A stretch of 64,000 nt of DNA from Octopus vulgaris (lineage: Eukaryota), in assembly GCA_951406725.2 (NCBI GenBank), contig OX597821.1, positions 98,518,001 through 98,582,000 of the forward strand. The letters run 5' to 3'. This document shows positions 26,201 through 39,137 of the stretch, one piece after another (the stretch's first letter is position 1; each line of letters begins with the position of its first letter). The position numbers were made by a program, and so were the translations under genes. The notes under the pieces are model-generated. The model made no database searches. It saw nothing but the letters and a program-made list of their open reading frames with translations, and was not told where the DNA came from.

Positions 26201-28150
26201 CGAAACCATCTTGGTTTAGGAGTACTGGGTAGAGGGCTTCTGTAAAGTTGGTGGAGATCCTTTTGGCAAGGGACCAGAAAGCTCCATTGCAATCTGGTAG
26301 GTTGGATTACTTGCAGGTTGCGTACCTGCATTCTTTCCCTTTCATTTGTGGCCCTTTGCCAAAATTTTACATATCATTATTGTTATTATTAGCACTTTGC
26401 ATCACCAAAGACAGGGTCTTTGAATCTGCTTGCATCCACATTCCAAGCCTACCTTTTAGTTAAACCTACCTAATGTGATGAAAAGAGTATATTAGTTTTT
26501 TTTTTGTTTGTTTGCTTTTTATTTTTCTCTATCTGCCAGATGTCACTGATGATGATATCTCTATATGTATTTCTTTGTGTAGAATCACACAAACAGTGAA
26601 GCACTGGATTGTCTTGAAATATTTGGTTTCAATCTCCTTCATTTTGAGTTCAAATTCTACCCAGGATTGGCTTTTATTCATCCTCTTGAGGCTGATGATT
26701 CAGTTGACTATGCTATCTAGTGCAAATTTGTCATTGTGAGTTAATGTGAAAAATGATCATCATTATCATTGATAAGTACTTGCTGATTAACCAAAGCTTA
26801 CCTTTAAAATACAGTCCACTCTGTTGAAACCATTAAGACCTGGTCTCCAATTTAAAGAAAACTTCCTCTTTCTCTCATCAGTTTTAGAGGGCCTGCAGAA
26901 GGCAAGAAGTACTATATTTTGTGTGAAGACTATACACACTAGTATACTTCAGTTGGATAGCAAAAATGATTTTAAATCAATTGAAATCATAGTTGTATTG
27001 AGAAGCTAAAAGATTAATGATAATCTAAAATATTCTAACTTTCTATATTCTGAAATCAACCCTGCTGAGGTCAACTTTATCTTTCATCCTTTTGTGGTTC
27101 ATAAATAGAATATTAGTCCAATACCGAAGTTAAGTCTTATCTTTCTATTTCTTGGAATCAATTATGTTTTGGTGAGTGGGGGTGAGGTGGGGGGGGGGGG
27201 GCACTCACAGCATCTCTTATACCAGCATGGACAATGGTTGAGCAAGAGATTTGCAACTTCTCCTAGAAAGTCTGATATGCTACTGGAACTGTCCAAGGGT
27301 AGCTAGTAGACAGTTATGCATGGAATGGAAATAAAGAAGAAAAGAAAGACAGGCGCAGGAGTGGCTGTGTGGTAAGTAGCTTGCTAACCAACCACATGGT
27401 TCCTGGTTCAGTCCCACTGCGTGGCATCTTGGGCAAGTGTCTTCTGCTATAGCCCCAGGCCAACCAATGCCTTGTGAGTGTATATATATATATAAGTGTG
27501 TGTGTATATGTTTGTGTGTCTGTGTTTGTCCCCCTAGCATTGCTTGACAACCGATGCTGGTGTGTTTATGTCCCCGTTACTTAGCGGTTCGGCAAAAGAG
27601 ACTTATAGAATAAGTACTGGGCTTACAAAGAATAAGTCCCGGGGTTGATTTGCTCGACTAAAGGCGGTGCTCCAGCATGGGCGCAGTCAAATGACTGAAA
27701 CAAGTAAAAGAGTAAAGAGAGTAGAAGGGACTCTCGGGTTCTTTGGCACCCAGTCTTTATTGTAAAGTGGTTGGTGACAAAAAAGACATTCAACTGTAAA
27801 AAAAGGAAGTTTGCTTTCCAACCAAATGGTTCAGGGTTCAGTCCCATTGTGTGGTACCTTGGGCAAGTGTCTTCAACTATAGTCTCAGGCCGACCAAAGC
27901 CTTGTGAGTGGACTTAGAAGGAAACTGAAGGAAGCCTGTCATATAAATATGTATGTGTCTTCCACCACTGCATGACAACTAGTGTTGTGTTAATGTTACT
28001 TAGTGGTTTGGCAAAACAGACCAATGAAATAAGTGTGGGGTTTGAAATAAAAGGTACTGGGGCTGAGTCATTCAGCTAAAAATTCTTCAAATGACTGAAA
28101 CAAGTAAAAGACAAAAGATGGTAAAGAAATGCCATATGTCAAAAGATTGT

Positions 28151-28530
28151 GGATGGAAGCACTCCGTCGGTTACGACGACGAGGGTTCCGGTTGATCCGA
28201 ATCAATGGAACAGCCTGCTCGTGAAATTAACGTGTAAGTGGCTGAGCACTCCACAGACACGTGCACCCTTAACGTAGTTCTCGGGGATATTCAGCGTGAC
28301 ACAGAGAGTGACAAGGCCGGCCCTTTTGAAATACAGGTACAACAGAAACAGGAAGTAAGAGTGAGAGAAAGTTGTGGTGAAAGAGTACAGCAGGGATCAC
28401 CACCATCCCCTGCCGGAGCCTCGTGGATCTTTTTTTTAGGTGTTTTCGCTCAATAAACACTCACAACGCCCGGTCTGGGAATCGAAACCGCGAGTTCGCT
28501 GCCCTAACCACTGGGCCATTGCACCTCCAC
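28151..28530 (-). mobile_element. tRNA-derived SINE (head A plus tail X)
   Basis: TSD caaaagattgt at 28140-28150 and 28531-28541. Confidence 0.9.
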
Positions 28531-29167
28531 CAAAAGATTGTACTGAGTTATAAGACACTGAGAGACTCATTCAGTCATGCCAGTTTGGAAAAGCATATGC
28601 GAAATGATGAGAAACGTTAGCACGCCGGGCGAAACGCGTAGCCGTATTTCGTCTGTCGTTACGTTCTGAGTTCAAATCCCGCCGTGGTCAACTTTGCCTT
28701 TCATCCTTTCGGGGTCGATTAAATAAGCACCAGTTACGCACTGGGGTCGATATAATCGACTTAATAACTATGTCTGTCCTTGTTTGTCCCCTCTGTGTTT
28801 AGCCCCTTGTGGGTAATAAAGAAATAGGTTATCCTTATCATTGTCACTATCATGATGAGAAAATGATGATGGCAGTAACAATGATGATGATGATTCCAAT
28901 GTTGTTCATTAGTACACCTCACCATCTCAACTGAGGCAGGAATACTAACTTTAATGTCATCACTGTTGTATATCTCTGAATCTTTTATATTTTTCCTTTT
29001 GTTCTATTAATGTTTAGTTACCATCAGAAATTGCTGTATCAGCGATACGGTGGATGTCGTTCTAATATGGTGATAACCTTTTGCATATATTTGATGTGGG
29101 ACAAAGGACAAAATTGTATCAAAGCATCCTTTAAAAGTCTCAGAGGAAACTTTTAGTTATGTTCCTT

Positions 29168-29270
29168 ACCCTTTTTGGAAGGCAGTTATACAATTGTGGA
29201 CCTTTAAATGCCAAACTGTTGCAGTAGATATTTCTGATGCAAGAGAGTAAACAAGGATGTTTGGGAATCT
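29168..29270 (-). pseudogene. Small CR1-group LINE 3' fragment
   Basis: Translates to ...IRNIYCNSLAFKGPQLYNCLPK, homologous to RTRYCNSLSFRGPQLFSILPK at about 41.45 kb. Confidence 0.65.
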
Positions 29271-29556
29271 GAGAGTAATTATGTGTGTGTGTGTGTGTAT
29301 TTTATGTATGTATGTTTGTGTGTGTGTGTACATATTTATGTATGTGTTGCGTGTGAATGTATGTATGTATAGGTGGCTGCTTGCAGTTTCAAACATGCCA
29401 TTGGTAATATGCCTAACCCTAGCCCCACTCAGAGAAAGCACCATCATAATTTTATATGTTTTGTACCCCCATTTCTTGTTAATGTTAGGACCTGTCCAAG
29501 TAGGATTTTCCTTATATTAGTAGGTAAGTGTTTTCCACAGGCACATAAATAGTGGA

Positions 29557-29779
29557 GATGTACTTGCATAGCAAGTGATTTGATCTGGGATCGTGTGCTG
29601 AAACGAAAACAATTGTAGCGTGGAAGGTGTTTGTAAGCCATTTAAGAAACACACAGAAGCCGTTCGATTCACTTCAACATTTAAGTTTAATTTGTCAAAA
29701 TATTTTCGTCGCTTTAAGTCCGCGACCTGTTCACTGACAAAGATGCAGCACGGATTTTTGTCAGTGAACAGGTCGTGGT
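29557..29779 (-). mobile_element. Family A HHR element with inverted terminal segment and 13-bp TSD
   Basis: TSD cataaatagtgga at 29544-29556 and 29780-29792; about 29743-29779 is an inverted copy of the element end, pairing with about 29723-29741. Confidence 0.85.
29691..29741 (-). ncRNA. Minimal type I hammerhead ribozyme, G3-C8 core variant
   Basis: Minus strand: tttgtca GTGAACA g gtcgc-ggacttaaa-gcgac GAA A-atat-T T tgacaaa; 7-bp stem I, 5-bp stem II, palindromic stem III loop. Confidence 0.68.
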
Positions 29780-30245
29780 CATAAATAGTGGAAAACTTTT
29801 AATAAACACTCTTTGAGGGCTTCCTTTAGCTGTGCATCCAGCATAAAGTAAATGCACGCAAACCAAACACAGAAGCAGGCTGTTTATGCAGAGGTAATGT
29901 CACATTTCCACTGACAATGTAACACAAAGGATGGTCGTGTATGTGGCTGTGGTAGCATCAAAGTATCCTGGTGGGTGACACAATTAGAGAGATATGTGGG
30001 TACAATGGAAGGGCCCTTCAAGACCATACTCAACTATCACAAATTCTCTTTTGAAATCCATGTGAAACCTGTGGCTATGGAAAGAAAATGCTGCACAATA
30101 TAACATAGAGTGGAGAAAGGCAGACCTTACATAAACAGCAGTAGGAGGTGCAAACTTGAAACCATTCAGTAACATGAATTGGCTGTTATAATGTGTGTAT
30201 GTGTATGTCTGTATGTGCATGTATGTTTATGTATATATATATATG

Positions 30246-30312
<67 letters not shown>

Positions 30313-30379
30313 AGCCACTTGGTGTTAAATGGATGTACTATTAAATTGGTATCCAACTTTTTCACCCTCATTAGTTGAG

Positions 30380-30412
<33 letters not shown>

Positions 30413-32595
30413 ATGTTGTATGTATATATATATGTATGTATATATTTATATATATGTGTGTGTATTTTATACATTGATTGATTAATAGATCTATTTATAT
30501 TTCTTTGAGTGTTCTACACTAGCCAATTATATACTGGATACTAATGAGCTAATGACCACTATTTACATGATCTACATATGATATATATATATATATAGAT
30601 ATATAGAAGTGACAGATAGACCGATGGAGAGATATGTGTGTGTACACACACATACATACACACTCGCATATATAGTTTAAAATGATCATACTAATTAAAA
30701 ATGGCCATATATGGTGCATGTATATGCATAAATAAGGGTTGATTGTGAGTCACTACTCCATTTCATGTTCCTGGTCTCCAGATAAATGGTTACAAGATAG
30801 CTAACCTTTGGTCTACCCTGTGTGTCTTGTGTGACACACAGGCATCTTTTTCTGGTGTCCATGCATTATATGTGATGCACATTACCCATTTTGTTTCAAC
30901 CACCAGAATAACTTGGGACTTATCAAAACAAGGGCTAACTAAAAGTCTGAAAACAAATGTGGGCATACTATAGCCCCGGGCCGACCAAAGCCTTGTGAGT
31001 GGATTTGGTAGATGGAAACTGAAAGAAGCCCGTCATATATATGTATATATATATATATATGTGTGTTTGTGTGTCTGTGTTTGTCCCCCTAGCATTGCTT
31101 GACAGCCGATGCTGGTGTGTTTATGTCCCCGTTACTTAGCGGTTCGGCAAAAGAGACCGATAGAATAAGTACTGGGCTTACAAAAGAATAAGTCCCGGGG
31201 TTGAGTTGCTCGATTAAAAAAGGCAGTGCTCCAGCATGGCTGCAGTCAAATGACTGAAACAAGTAAAAGAGAAAGAGAGTATTTTATGAGAAACTTATGA
31301 AACTGCTTTAGATACCCAAGCTGAGATTGCTCAGTTTCTTATGAAACAAAATTTGTACTTAAATCATTTAGGAACTCCTAAAATACTGTCAGCAGTAAAA
31401 AAGATGTAACAATGTGTAATTGGGTTGGTAAGTAGGCGGGGTGTATGTTAATTAGATTGGGATAGTATAGTAGGGTTTGGTGAGAAATCTGTGTTTCAGT
31501 ATTTTCTTTTCATGTTAACTTTCATAGAAGATTTGATAGCTACTGTGCATAATTAGTTTGGAGTAGAGTGTTAAGTGGCTATAGTTTGTAGGTGCACGTG
31601 TGTATAGGTTAGTGGGGAAGGAGTTTCATTAACAGTTTATCTTTTAATGAATGCTTTGGTGTGATTGGTAATTAATAAGTGATAAGCGACTCCATTGATC
31701 ATTATTTCATGTGTGTGTTTGTGTGCGTGTACGTGTGTAGAATTTCTTTCAATTTGCCTAATGAAAATATTTGCAGGTCATTTACATAAAGGGATTGACC
31801 TTATTTTATATGCTGTTTGACAGAGCGTGAAAAATCAATTAATACGAGGTGTGACAGTTTGCAATAATGATGATAGGTTGAAACAAGACGGGGGGGGGGG
31901 GACCACTAGCGAAGTCAACAAAAATAATATGAAACTATTGATGTTTGATTAAGAAGCTCCCTTTGTTTTAGGTTCCGTCCTACTCATGGCACCTTTCTGA
32001 GGGAATTTTGGCAGATGGAAAGTCTGTGGAAGCCCAGTGATGTGTGTGTGTGTGCGTGTGTGTGGACAAACAGAAGAAATGGGCACTCAACACAATCAGT
32101 TGGAGTTACATCATCATCATCATCATCTTCATTTAGTGTCCACTTTCCATGCTGGCATGGGTTGGACGGTTCAACTGGGGTCTGGGAAGCCAGAAGGCTG
32201 CACCAGGCCCAGTCTCATCTGGCAATGTTTCTACGGCTGGATGCTCTTCCTAATGCCAACCACTCCGTGAGTGTAGTGGGTGCTTTTTTCGTGCCAGACG
32301 AGGCTGGCAAACGGCCACGATTGGATGGTGCTTTTTACGTGCCACCGGTACGAGGCCAGTCGGGGCGGCGCTGGCAACAGCCACGTTCGGATGGTTCTCT
32401 TACATACCACCAGCACCGGTATCACAGCTGCTAAAACAGTTTGATTCAGCTCGATGTAACTTAAAGTTTTGCAGGCCCCTAACAGAAACCTGTATCTTTC
32501 ACTCTTTAGATTTTGTAATCTAAAGCCTGAAAGAGATGGCCTTCTTTTAGAGGCCTGCGAAACTTGAAGTCGCATGGAACCGAATCAAACTATTT

Positions 32596-32939
32596 AACAT
32601 CGCCATCACTAGTGATCACTCCAAACACCATGATGTTGACTGGATGTTTGATTTTTAACACTCCTGGTACATGTTTCTTGCATTGTACTGTCCTCAGACT
32701 GACACCCAACACTCTGAAATGTTCATATTAGAACTTCCAGCATGACTGCCAAGCAGTACAGCATGTCATTTACAAATTTCTGACAGAGTGAATTGTGTCT
32801 TGGTGCTGTTTTTTCACAGACAGCGAGACAGTGCCCAACTGACCCTACTATACTGTGTAGTTCCCAAGATCAAACACAAACAATGTGCGTGCACAAAATT
32901 AAGAATATAAAATGGCAACAATTTACCCATCACACCCTG
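32596..32939 (-). mobile_element. Internally deleted Tc1/mariner (maT/DD37D-like) relic
   Basis: Minus strand starts TA|CAGGGTGTGATGGG; contains KHVPGVLKIKHPVNIMVFGVITSDGDV. Confidence 0.65.
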
Positions 32940-32959
32940 TATGTATATGTGTATATATG

Positions 32960-33015
<56 letters not shown>

Positions 33016-33029
33016 TACATACATACAAA

Positions 33030-34200
33030 AGTATGGCAAAAGTACCCACCACCCTAATTGCTGTTATAGAGAGACTCATAAAGATGTGGTCAACAGTTCT
33101 CACCCTTCCAACTGAGAACAGAATAATTGTTTCAGATAGTATAGGCATCTCAAAGGGAATATTCCAGGGAGATAGCCTTTCTGTACCTCTTTTCCTTTTG
33201 GCACTGAATCCATCATTGTTTCTGCTGCAGAAAACAAATGGTTACATGCTAGGATAGGCAACTGCTAGAAATATCAATGTAACTCATAATTTCTTTGTAG
33301 ACAACCTCAAGAGTTTTGCTAAAAGTGTTTACAATACCGAAAAACAACTGGTATTAATAACATTTTCAACTGATATAGGCATGGAATTTGGCCAAAAGAA
33401 ATGTTCGTATTTGCTTATAGAACAAGGAAAGTCTGTCCCCCAAACCCAAAATCTGTGCATCAACAGTCTCTCTGTCTTCCTCCATTCCACACAAAGAATG
33501 TACCTAGGCATAGATGAAAATGTATCATATGAAGGCACTGTGAATAAAGATAGAGTGACCCAAGAATATTACACCAAACTTAGGAAACTATGGCAATTGG
33601 AACTCTCCTCTTGCAATAAAATAATATCCCATAACACATTTGCAGTACCAGTGCTGATCCCAACATTTGGGATACTTGATTGGTCTGTAGAGGAAATCCA
33701 CTCCATAGATATCAAAACCCACAAAATCCTGATAACAACTGGGAACTTCCACAGAAACAGTCATGTTGACAGGCTCTACCTAAGAAGAGATGAAGGCAGT
33801 AGAGGCCTGAGATCTGTGCAGATGGCCTTCGAATGCTGTATGTTATTACTCAGGCAGCACCTGCTGAATAACAGCATCAAAAATAAATATATAAATGCAG
33901 TGCTGAAAAGTGAAGTGAGTAACATTGTACGAATTGGCAGTGAGGTCCTCGAGAAGCACTCTCTCCCTGATGGGGTTTTGTTAATAAATGCTTGAAGGAG
34001 AATCTGGGTAAACTGGGATTTTCAAAAAGAGAAATCGACCAGCTAATTCGTACATTACAAGTGCAATCTGTGAGTGGAACAGTAAAAATATGCAAGACTT
34101 TTCTCAAGTTTCAAGTATGAATTTGTCTGTGTTAACTACATCTCAAAGATGGAGTCTTGTCTCATTGCTCGAAACTGGCTCCCTCCTCAGTGGAAGATTT
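33030..34200 (+). pseudogene. R4/Dong-like non-LTR retrotransposon RT fragment joined to its C-terminus
   Basis: GIFQGDSLSVPLFLLALNP...HNFFVDNLK...DIGMEFGQKKC...YLGI...AVPVL...VDRLYLRRDEGSRGL, then CLKENLGKLGF...VSGTVKICKTFLKFQV*; 5' end abuts a (CA)n/(CATA)n tract. Confidence 0.85.
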
Positions 34201-34411
34201 ATAATAATTAAAAAATGAAAGAGACATGCATACATAGATAGGCACCCATGCCAGTAACACATTACATGCACCTGGTACACTCTTTGGAGTGGTTGGCATT
34301 AGGAAATGCATCCAGCCATAGGAACCAGGCCAAAACAGACAAGTGGAGCCTGGTATAGCTCTCCAGCTTACCTGTTCTAGTTAAAGTGGAAAAACTCATG
34401 GAACTGGTGGA

Positions 34412-36063
34412 GGTCTTTGTTTAAAGTATGTTTGTGTACCAACACATACATGCTAGTTTGTTGCAATGTTTTAAGGAAGTGTCAGAGAATGTGGTGGCAT
34501 AGGTGGATTCAAGAAATATTAAAATTAAGATGGAAGAGGAAATAGTTGTGCATATAAAATAGAGGATAAATTATGTCTGGGTGGGTAGAGGCTTGAGGTA
34601 TTTCAGGAGATCATTATCCATTAGGTATCAACTTTTACCTTTTTTGTATGGAGAAATATATTAGTGTATTAATAGAAAGATTAATAAGTAAAAAAAAATA
34701 TTACCTAAAACATGAAAGGAAAATAACTAAACAAAATGTGAGGAAGATAAATAATTACCATAAATCAAACAAATGCCAAATAATAATAATCCTTTCTTCT
34801 ATAAGACAAGACCTCAAACTGGAGGGAAGAGGGCTAGTTGATTGCATCAACCCCAGTGCTCAACTGGTACTTATTTTACTGACCCCAAAAGGATGAAAAG
34901 CAATGTCAACCTTTAGCAGAATTTTAACTCAGGCTGTGAAAGATGTTGGAAAAACATTTTATCTAGCATGTTATCAATTCTGCCAGCTCACTACCTAAAT
35001 AATAATAACAATAATAATAATAATAATCATCATCATCATCATCATCGTTTAGCGTCCGCTTTCCATGCTGGCATGGGTTGGACGGTTCAACTGGGGTCTG
35101 GGAAGCCAGAAGGCTGCACCAGGCCCAGTCTGATCTGGCAATGTTTCTACGGCTGGATGCCCTTTCTAACGCCAACCACTCCATGAGTGTAGTGGGTGCT
35201 CTTTACGTGCCACTGGCACGGAGGCCAGACGAGGCTGGCAACGGCCACAATCGGATGGTGCTTTTTATGTGCCACCGGCACGGAAGCCAGTCGGGGCAGC
35301 GCTGGCAAATAGTAATAATAATAATAACAATAACAACAACAACAACAACAATGATAATGAGATGATGGTAAAAGTGATAATTGTACTAATGGTTTTGAAA
35401 TTCAAAAAATGTTTTCAAAAACTTGAGAAAAATTCTCAAATGATTTCTCCAATGTTAGTTCAACAATTTTAAATAGTTTTAGAAAAAGACCCCTCAACAA
35501 AATGTATTCACAAAAAAGGGTTTTCTTTTCTTTCAAATCCTTGACACACCTTCAAAGAAATTCTCAAAATACCATCAAAAACAATCTTTCTTAGATAAAA
35601 GAGTAGAAATGGAAAATAAAAACATAATGGTGTGGAAAGTAGAGCAGATAAACTGGGATCTGATGGAAGGAGATAATACAGGAACAAGAATAATATAATA
35701 TAAATTGTAAAACTAACAACAGTTATGAATCTACAATAGTGATAACAATGAGTTGATAATGGGGTTTTAATAAATATGATAAAAATACTGAAGGTTTGAT
35801 GTATGTTAAAACTTGGTAGAGGTAGTGGGGTCTTTGTTTAAAGTATGTTTGTGTACCAACACATACATGCTAATTAATGTCATGTTTTAAGGAAGTATCA
35901 GAGAATGTGGTGGCATAGGTGGATTCAAGAAACATTAAAATTAAGATGGAAGAGGAAATAGTTGTGCATATAAAATAGAGGATAACTTATGTCTGGGTGG
36001 GTAGAGGCTTGAGGAATTTCAGGAGATCATTATCCATTAGGTTTCAACTTTTACCTTTTTTGT
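34412..36063. repeat. Pair of ~235-bp direct repeats (34412-34647 and 35829-36063)
   Basis: ggtctttgtttaaagtatgtttgtgtaccaacac...caacttttaccttttttgt in both, with few substitutions. Confidence 0.9.
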
Positions 36064-36900
36064 GCAGATATTTTGACCTGTGCATACTGTGATGTGTGCA
36101 CGATTTGAATATAAAGGCACCTACCTTCTCTTCCTCGTGATGGAGACCCTTCTGTGGTAGCTAATCCTTCGACACAGTCCCGACCCGAACACTAAGATAG
36201 CAGCTGCTCACCCAAACCCTTAGCGACCGTCCTCACACGTCTTGTCACCTGGACGACCCACGTTGGAAAAAGCCCAATTGACCGCTGCCTGCGCACGCCT
36301 GACAGCTGCCCCTTCCGGTTGCCCCAGCTTCTGGTCAACGCACCCAGCTGCTGACGTCATCCCACACATACAAAACGATATCAACTCTGTTTTGAGTTTA
36401 GGGTGGTTTCTTTGGCAAATAAGATGACCACCTTTTCTGTAGTGCAGACATTGCAGTACCGGTTCTGTATATAAGACTTGATATTTACTACTTCATTGTA
36501 AAGTCGTTATGCATCCCACCTCCCTTGTTCTTCACTCTCTCTATATATTCATTCTACATATTTCCGATCTCCATCCTTGTCAATGAGCACTCGTCCCTGT
36601 CCTTCACACACTCCGCATCATTTCCCTATTTCTGATCCATATACTTTCATTTCAATGTTTCTTCCACCTCCCCTCTTTTGTACTACTACTTACCACCTCC
36701 TCTCTGGCCCACTCTTATTTCCTATACATTCTCCCACCATTGATCATGCCTCCTCCCCTGTTTGCCATTCACTGCACCTCCTATAACCCTGTATTCCCTA
36801 CCTCTAACTATCTCTTGCTCACTTTCACTCTTCTGTCCCTGTCCCCTCACCTTTTCCTCTGTCCCCATCCCCCTCACATTCGTTTTTTGTACCCTTAAAG

Positions 36901-37119
36901 CAGTGGTTTTCAACCAGGGTTCCGTAGAACCTTAGAGTTCCGCCAGTACAGTCCAGGGGTTCCGAAAGAAGTTACAAAACTGCTAAAATCGGCAGTAATT
37001 TTAAATTTTCCTGTGCAGATATGTGTGCATAAGACTATTAAATTATTGCAGAGGGGTTCCCCGAGCCAGTGGAATGTTTCCTTGGGGTTCCGCTCCAGCA
37101 AAAAGTTTGAAAAGTACTG
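36901..37119. mobile_element. hAT (Charlie-type) MITE, 219 bp
   Basis: TSD ccttaaag at 36893-36900 and 37120-37127; termini cagtggttttcaa / ttgaaaagtactg; repeated subterminal gggttcc motifs. Confidence 0.9.
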
Positions 37120-37512
37120 CCTTAAAGTATGTCCTAAAACCTCATCACCACCACCTCCCTTTTTCCAGTGGAGTAACCATGTATCTCCTCCTCAGCCAGA
37201 TACCTATCCTTATCCCTCAATCATACGCTTATCTTTCAATACCTGACATAAATCACCTCCCTCACTACTACATGCTCTTCAGTCAAGGGCGTTTGTCTTG
37301 CGACCTATTTGATGACCTCACTAACGCCGGTGACATGAAAAGACATCCAGTGAACTTTGTAAAGTGATTGGCATTAGGAAGGGCATCTAGCCATAGAAAC
37401 TATGCCAAAATAGACATTGGAGCTCAATGCATTTCTCTGATCTGTTGAATCCAAGCCAAGACTGTCCAAACCAAGCCAGAATGAAATACAGACGCTAAAT
37501 AATGCTGGTGAG

Positions 37513-37577
<65 letters not shown>

Positions 37578-39137
37578 AATTGTTTGTGTAATGAGATAAA
37601 AATCAAGGCTGTGTAGGTATTAGAGCATTTATGAAACTGGGGAAGTGAAGAAACCTTTTGGAAGAAGTTTTTCTGAGTGTGAGTAATGTGAAATTAGCTG
37701 CAAATTAGACAAAAAATGTGGAGGCTTTCTCAACAGAGCATGTTTGGAAATGGTTGGCTGGAGGATTACATTAAGTTAATTAAGATCCTGTTGGCAGAGG
37801 ACCAAAATCACTGGCTGTAGTCTGGGATGTAGGTGAGTTTGCATGCTGTGCTATGATGCACAAATGCATCTATTGCATTGAAATGGTAATTTCCCAGTAG
37901 GTGATAGTAGGTAAAAGTTAACTAGTTAAAAGAAATGGGTGTGGTTTTTTTTTCAGGCATTGAAGGCCATGTTCTTTACTTGTACTGTTACAGTACAGCT
38001 GCTTATGAACCAGCTGGGAAAGTTGAGGTTGGGTGCAGGTGTGTGTGTGAGTGTTATATATCAATCATCATCATCATCATCAACCTTTAACATCTGTCTT
38101 TTATGCTGGCATGAGTCAGAAGGTTTGACAGGATCCAGTGAATTGAAGGACTGTGTCATGCTCCACTGTCTGCTATGGTATGGTTTCTACAACTGGATGC
38201 ACTCCTAATGCCAACCATTTTATCAAGTACTGGGTGCATTTTGGGGGGGATACCAGCACTAGTGAGATCATCATGCAACTCTCAAGACTAAAGTGTCCTT
38301 CTGACTGAGGAGGAGGTGGCTTTGAGTTAGTTGTTGTGAGATTAAAAAAAGGAAAGGGAAGAACAGAGCAGGTTTCTTGCTATAGAGGAGATACATAGCT
38401 ACTTGGCAGAATATAAGAGTGGGTAGAAGTAATCAGAGTGTTTTTGGAAAGAATGATAAAGATGGTGGTAGTGACGAGATATCAAAGTAGGCTCTCAAAA
38501 TACAGAAAAGGTGTATAGAAGAGAGAGTGAGGACAGAAGTGGGGAAAAGTGAGTAGAAGTGGCAGGAGTGTATAGGGAGACTGAGGGAAGATGGAGGAAG
38601 GACCATTGAGTGTGAAAGTAGTGAGTGGTGAACAAGAGTGATGGAGTGATTAATGATAAATATGAGTTGAACAAATAGTAGAGGAGAGGAGGTGATGACT
38701 GACAGTATAGAAAGGTTGAAGAGCTACAGAATGACAATAATGCATTTGATCATAGCAGGATGAGGAAAAGGGAGATGATGAATGGGTAGGTTGCAAGAGT
38801 GTATGGAGAGAGGGAGTGATGTATGGTGATATGAGTGGAGGTGGTCAGATGAACTTAAAGGTGAGTTAGCAGATGTAGATTTGAGGAAAAGTGATAATGG
38901 AAAATGTGGGTAGGGAAGGACAATGTTAAGGAAGGATACCAGCAAAGGAAATGATACTGGGTAATGAGAGAGATAACTGTAGGGCAAAAAGGATGATGAA
39001 AATGGTAGTTCTGATTTCATTTAGATATATCATTAGAATACTGCAGTAGTTAGGAGAGTGATAGAGGAATCAATGAAAGGGAGATTGAGGGTGGAGGAGA
39101 AGGCTCAACAGGGGAAAAAATGGGCAAGGAGCCCAGT

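Larger units (their letters stand above)
29430..30170 (+). pseudogene. Decayed Penelope-like element ORF (RT thumb/linker plus GIY-YIG endonuclease), Naiad-type
   Basis: Hand translation across stops and frameshifts: QRKHHHNFICFVPPFLVNVRTCPSRIFLILVGKCFPQAHK*W | KTFNKHSLRASFSCASSIK...CLCRGNVTFPL...MVVYVAVV...RYVGTMEGPFKTILNYHKFSF...LWLWKEN...YNIEW...PYINSSRRCKL. This matches the recalled PLE pattern IIWFNPPF...FNRNT.K.SYSC...CNCR..CPL...VVY...YIG.TE..FK.R..NH..SF. Confidence 0.8.

Noticed and set aside
29168-29270. AG/GT-bounded minus-strand exon candidate
   Set aside because: Its translation matches the CR1-group LINE at 41.4 kb, so it is a TE relic.
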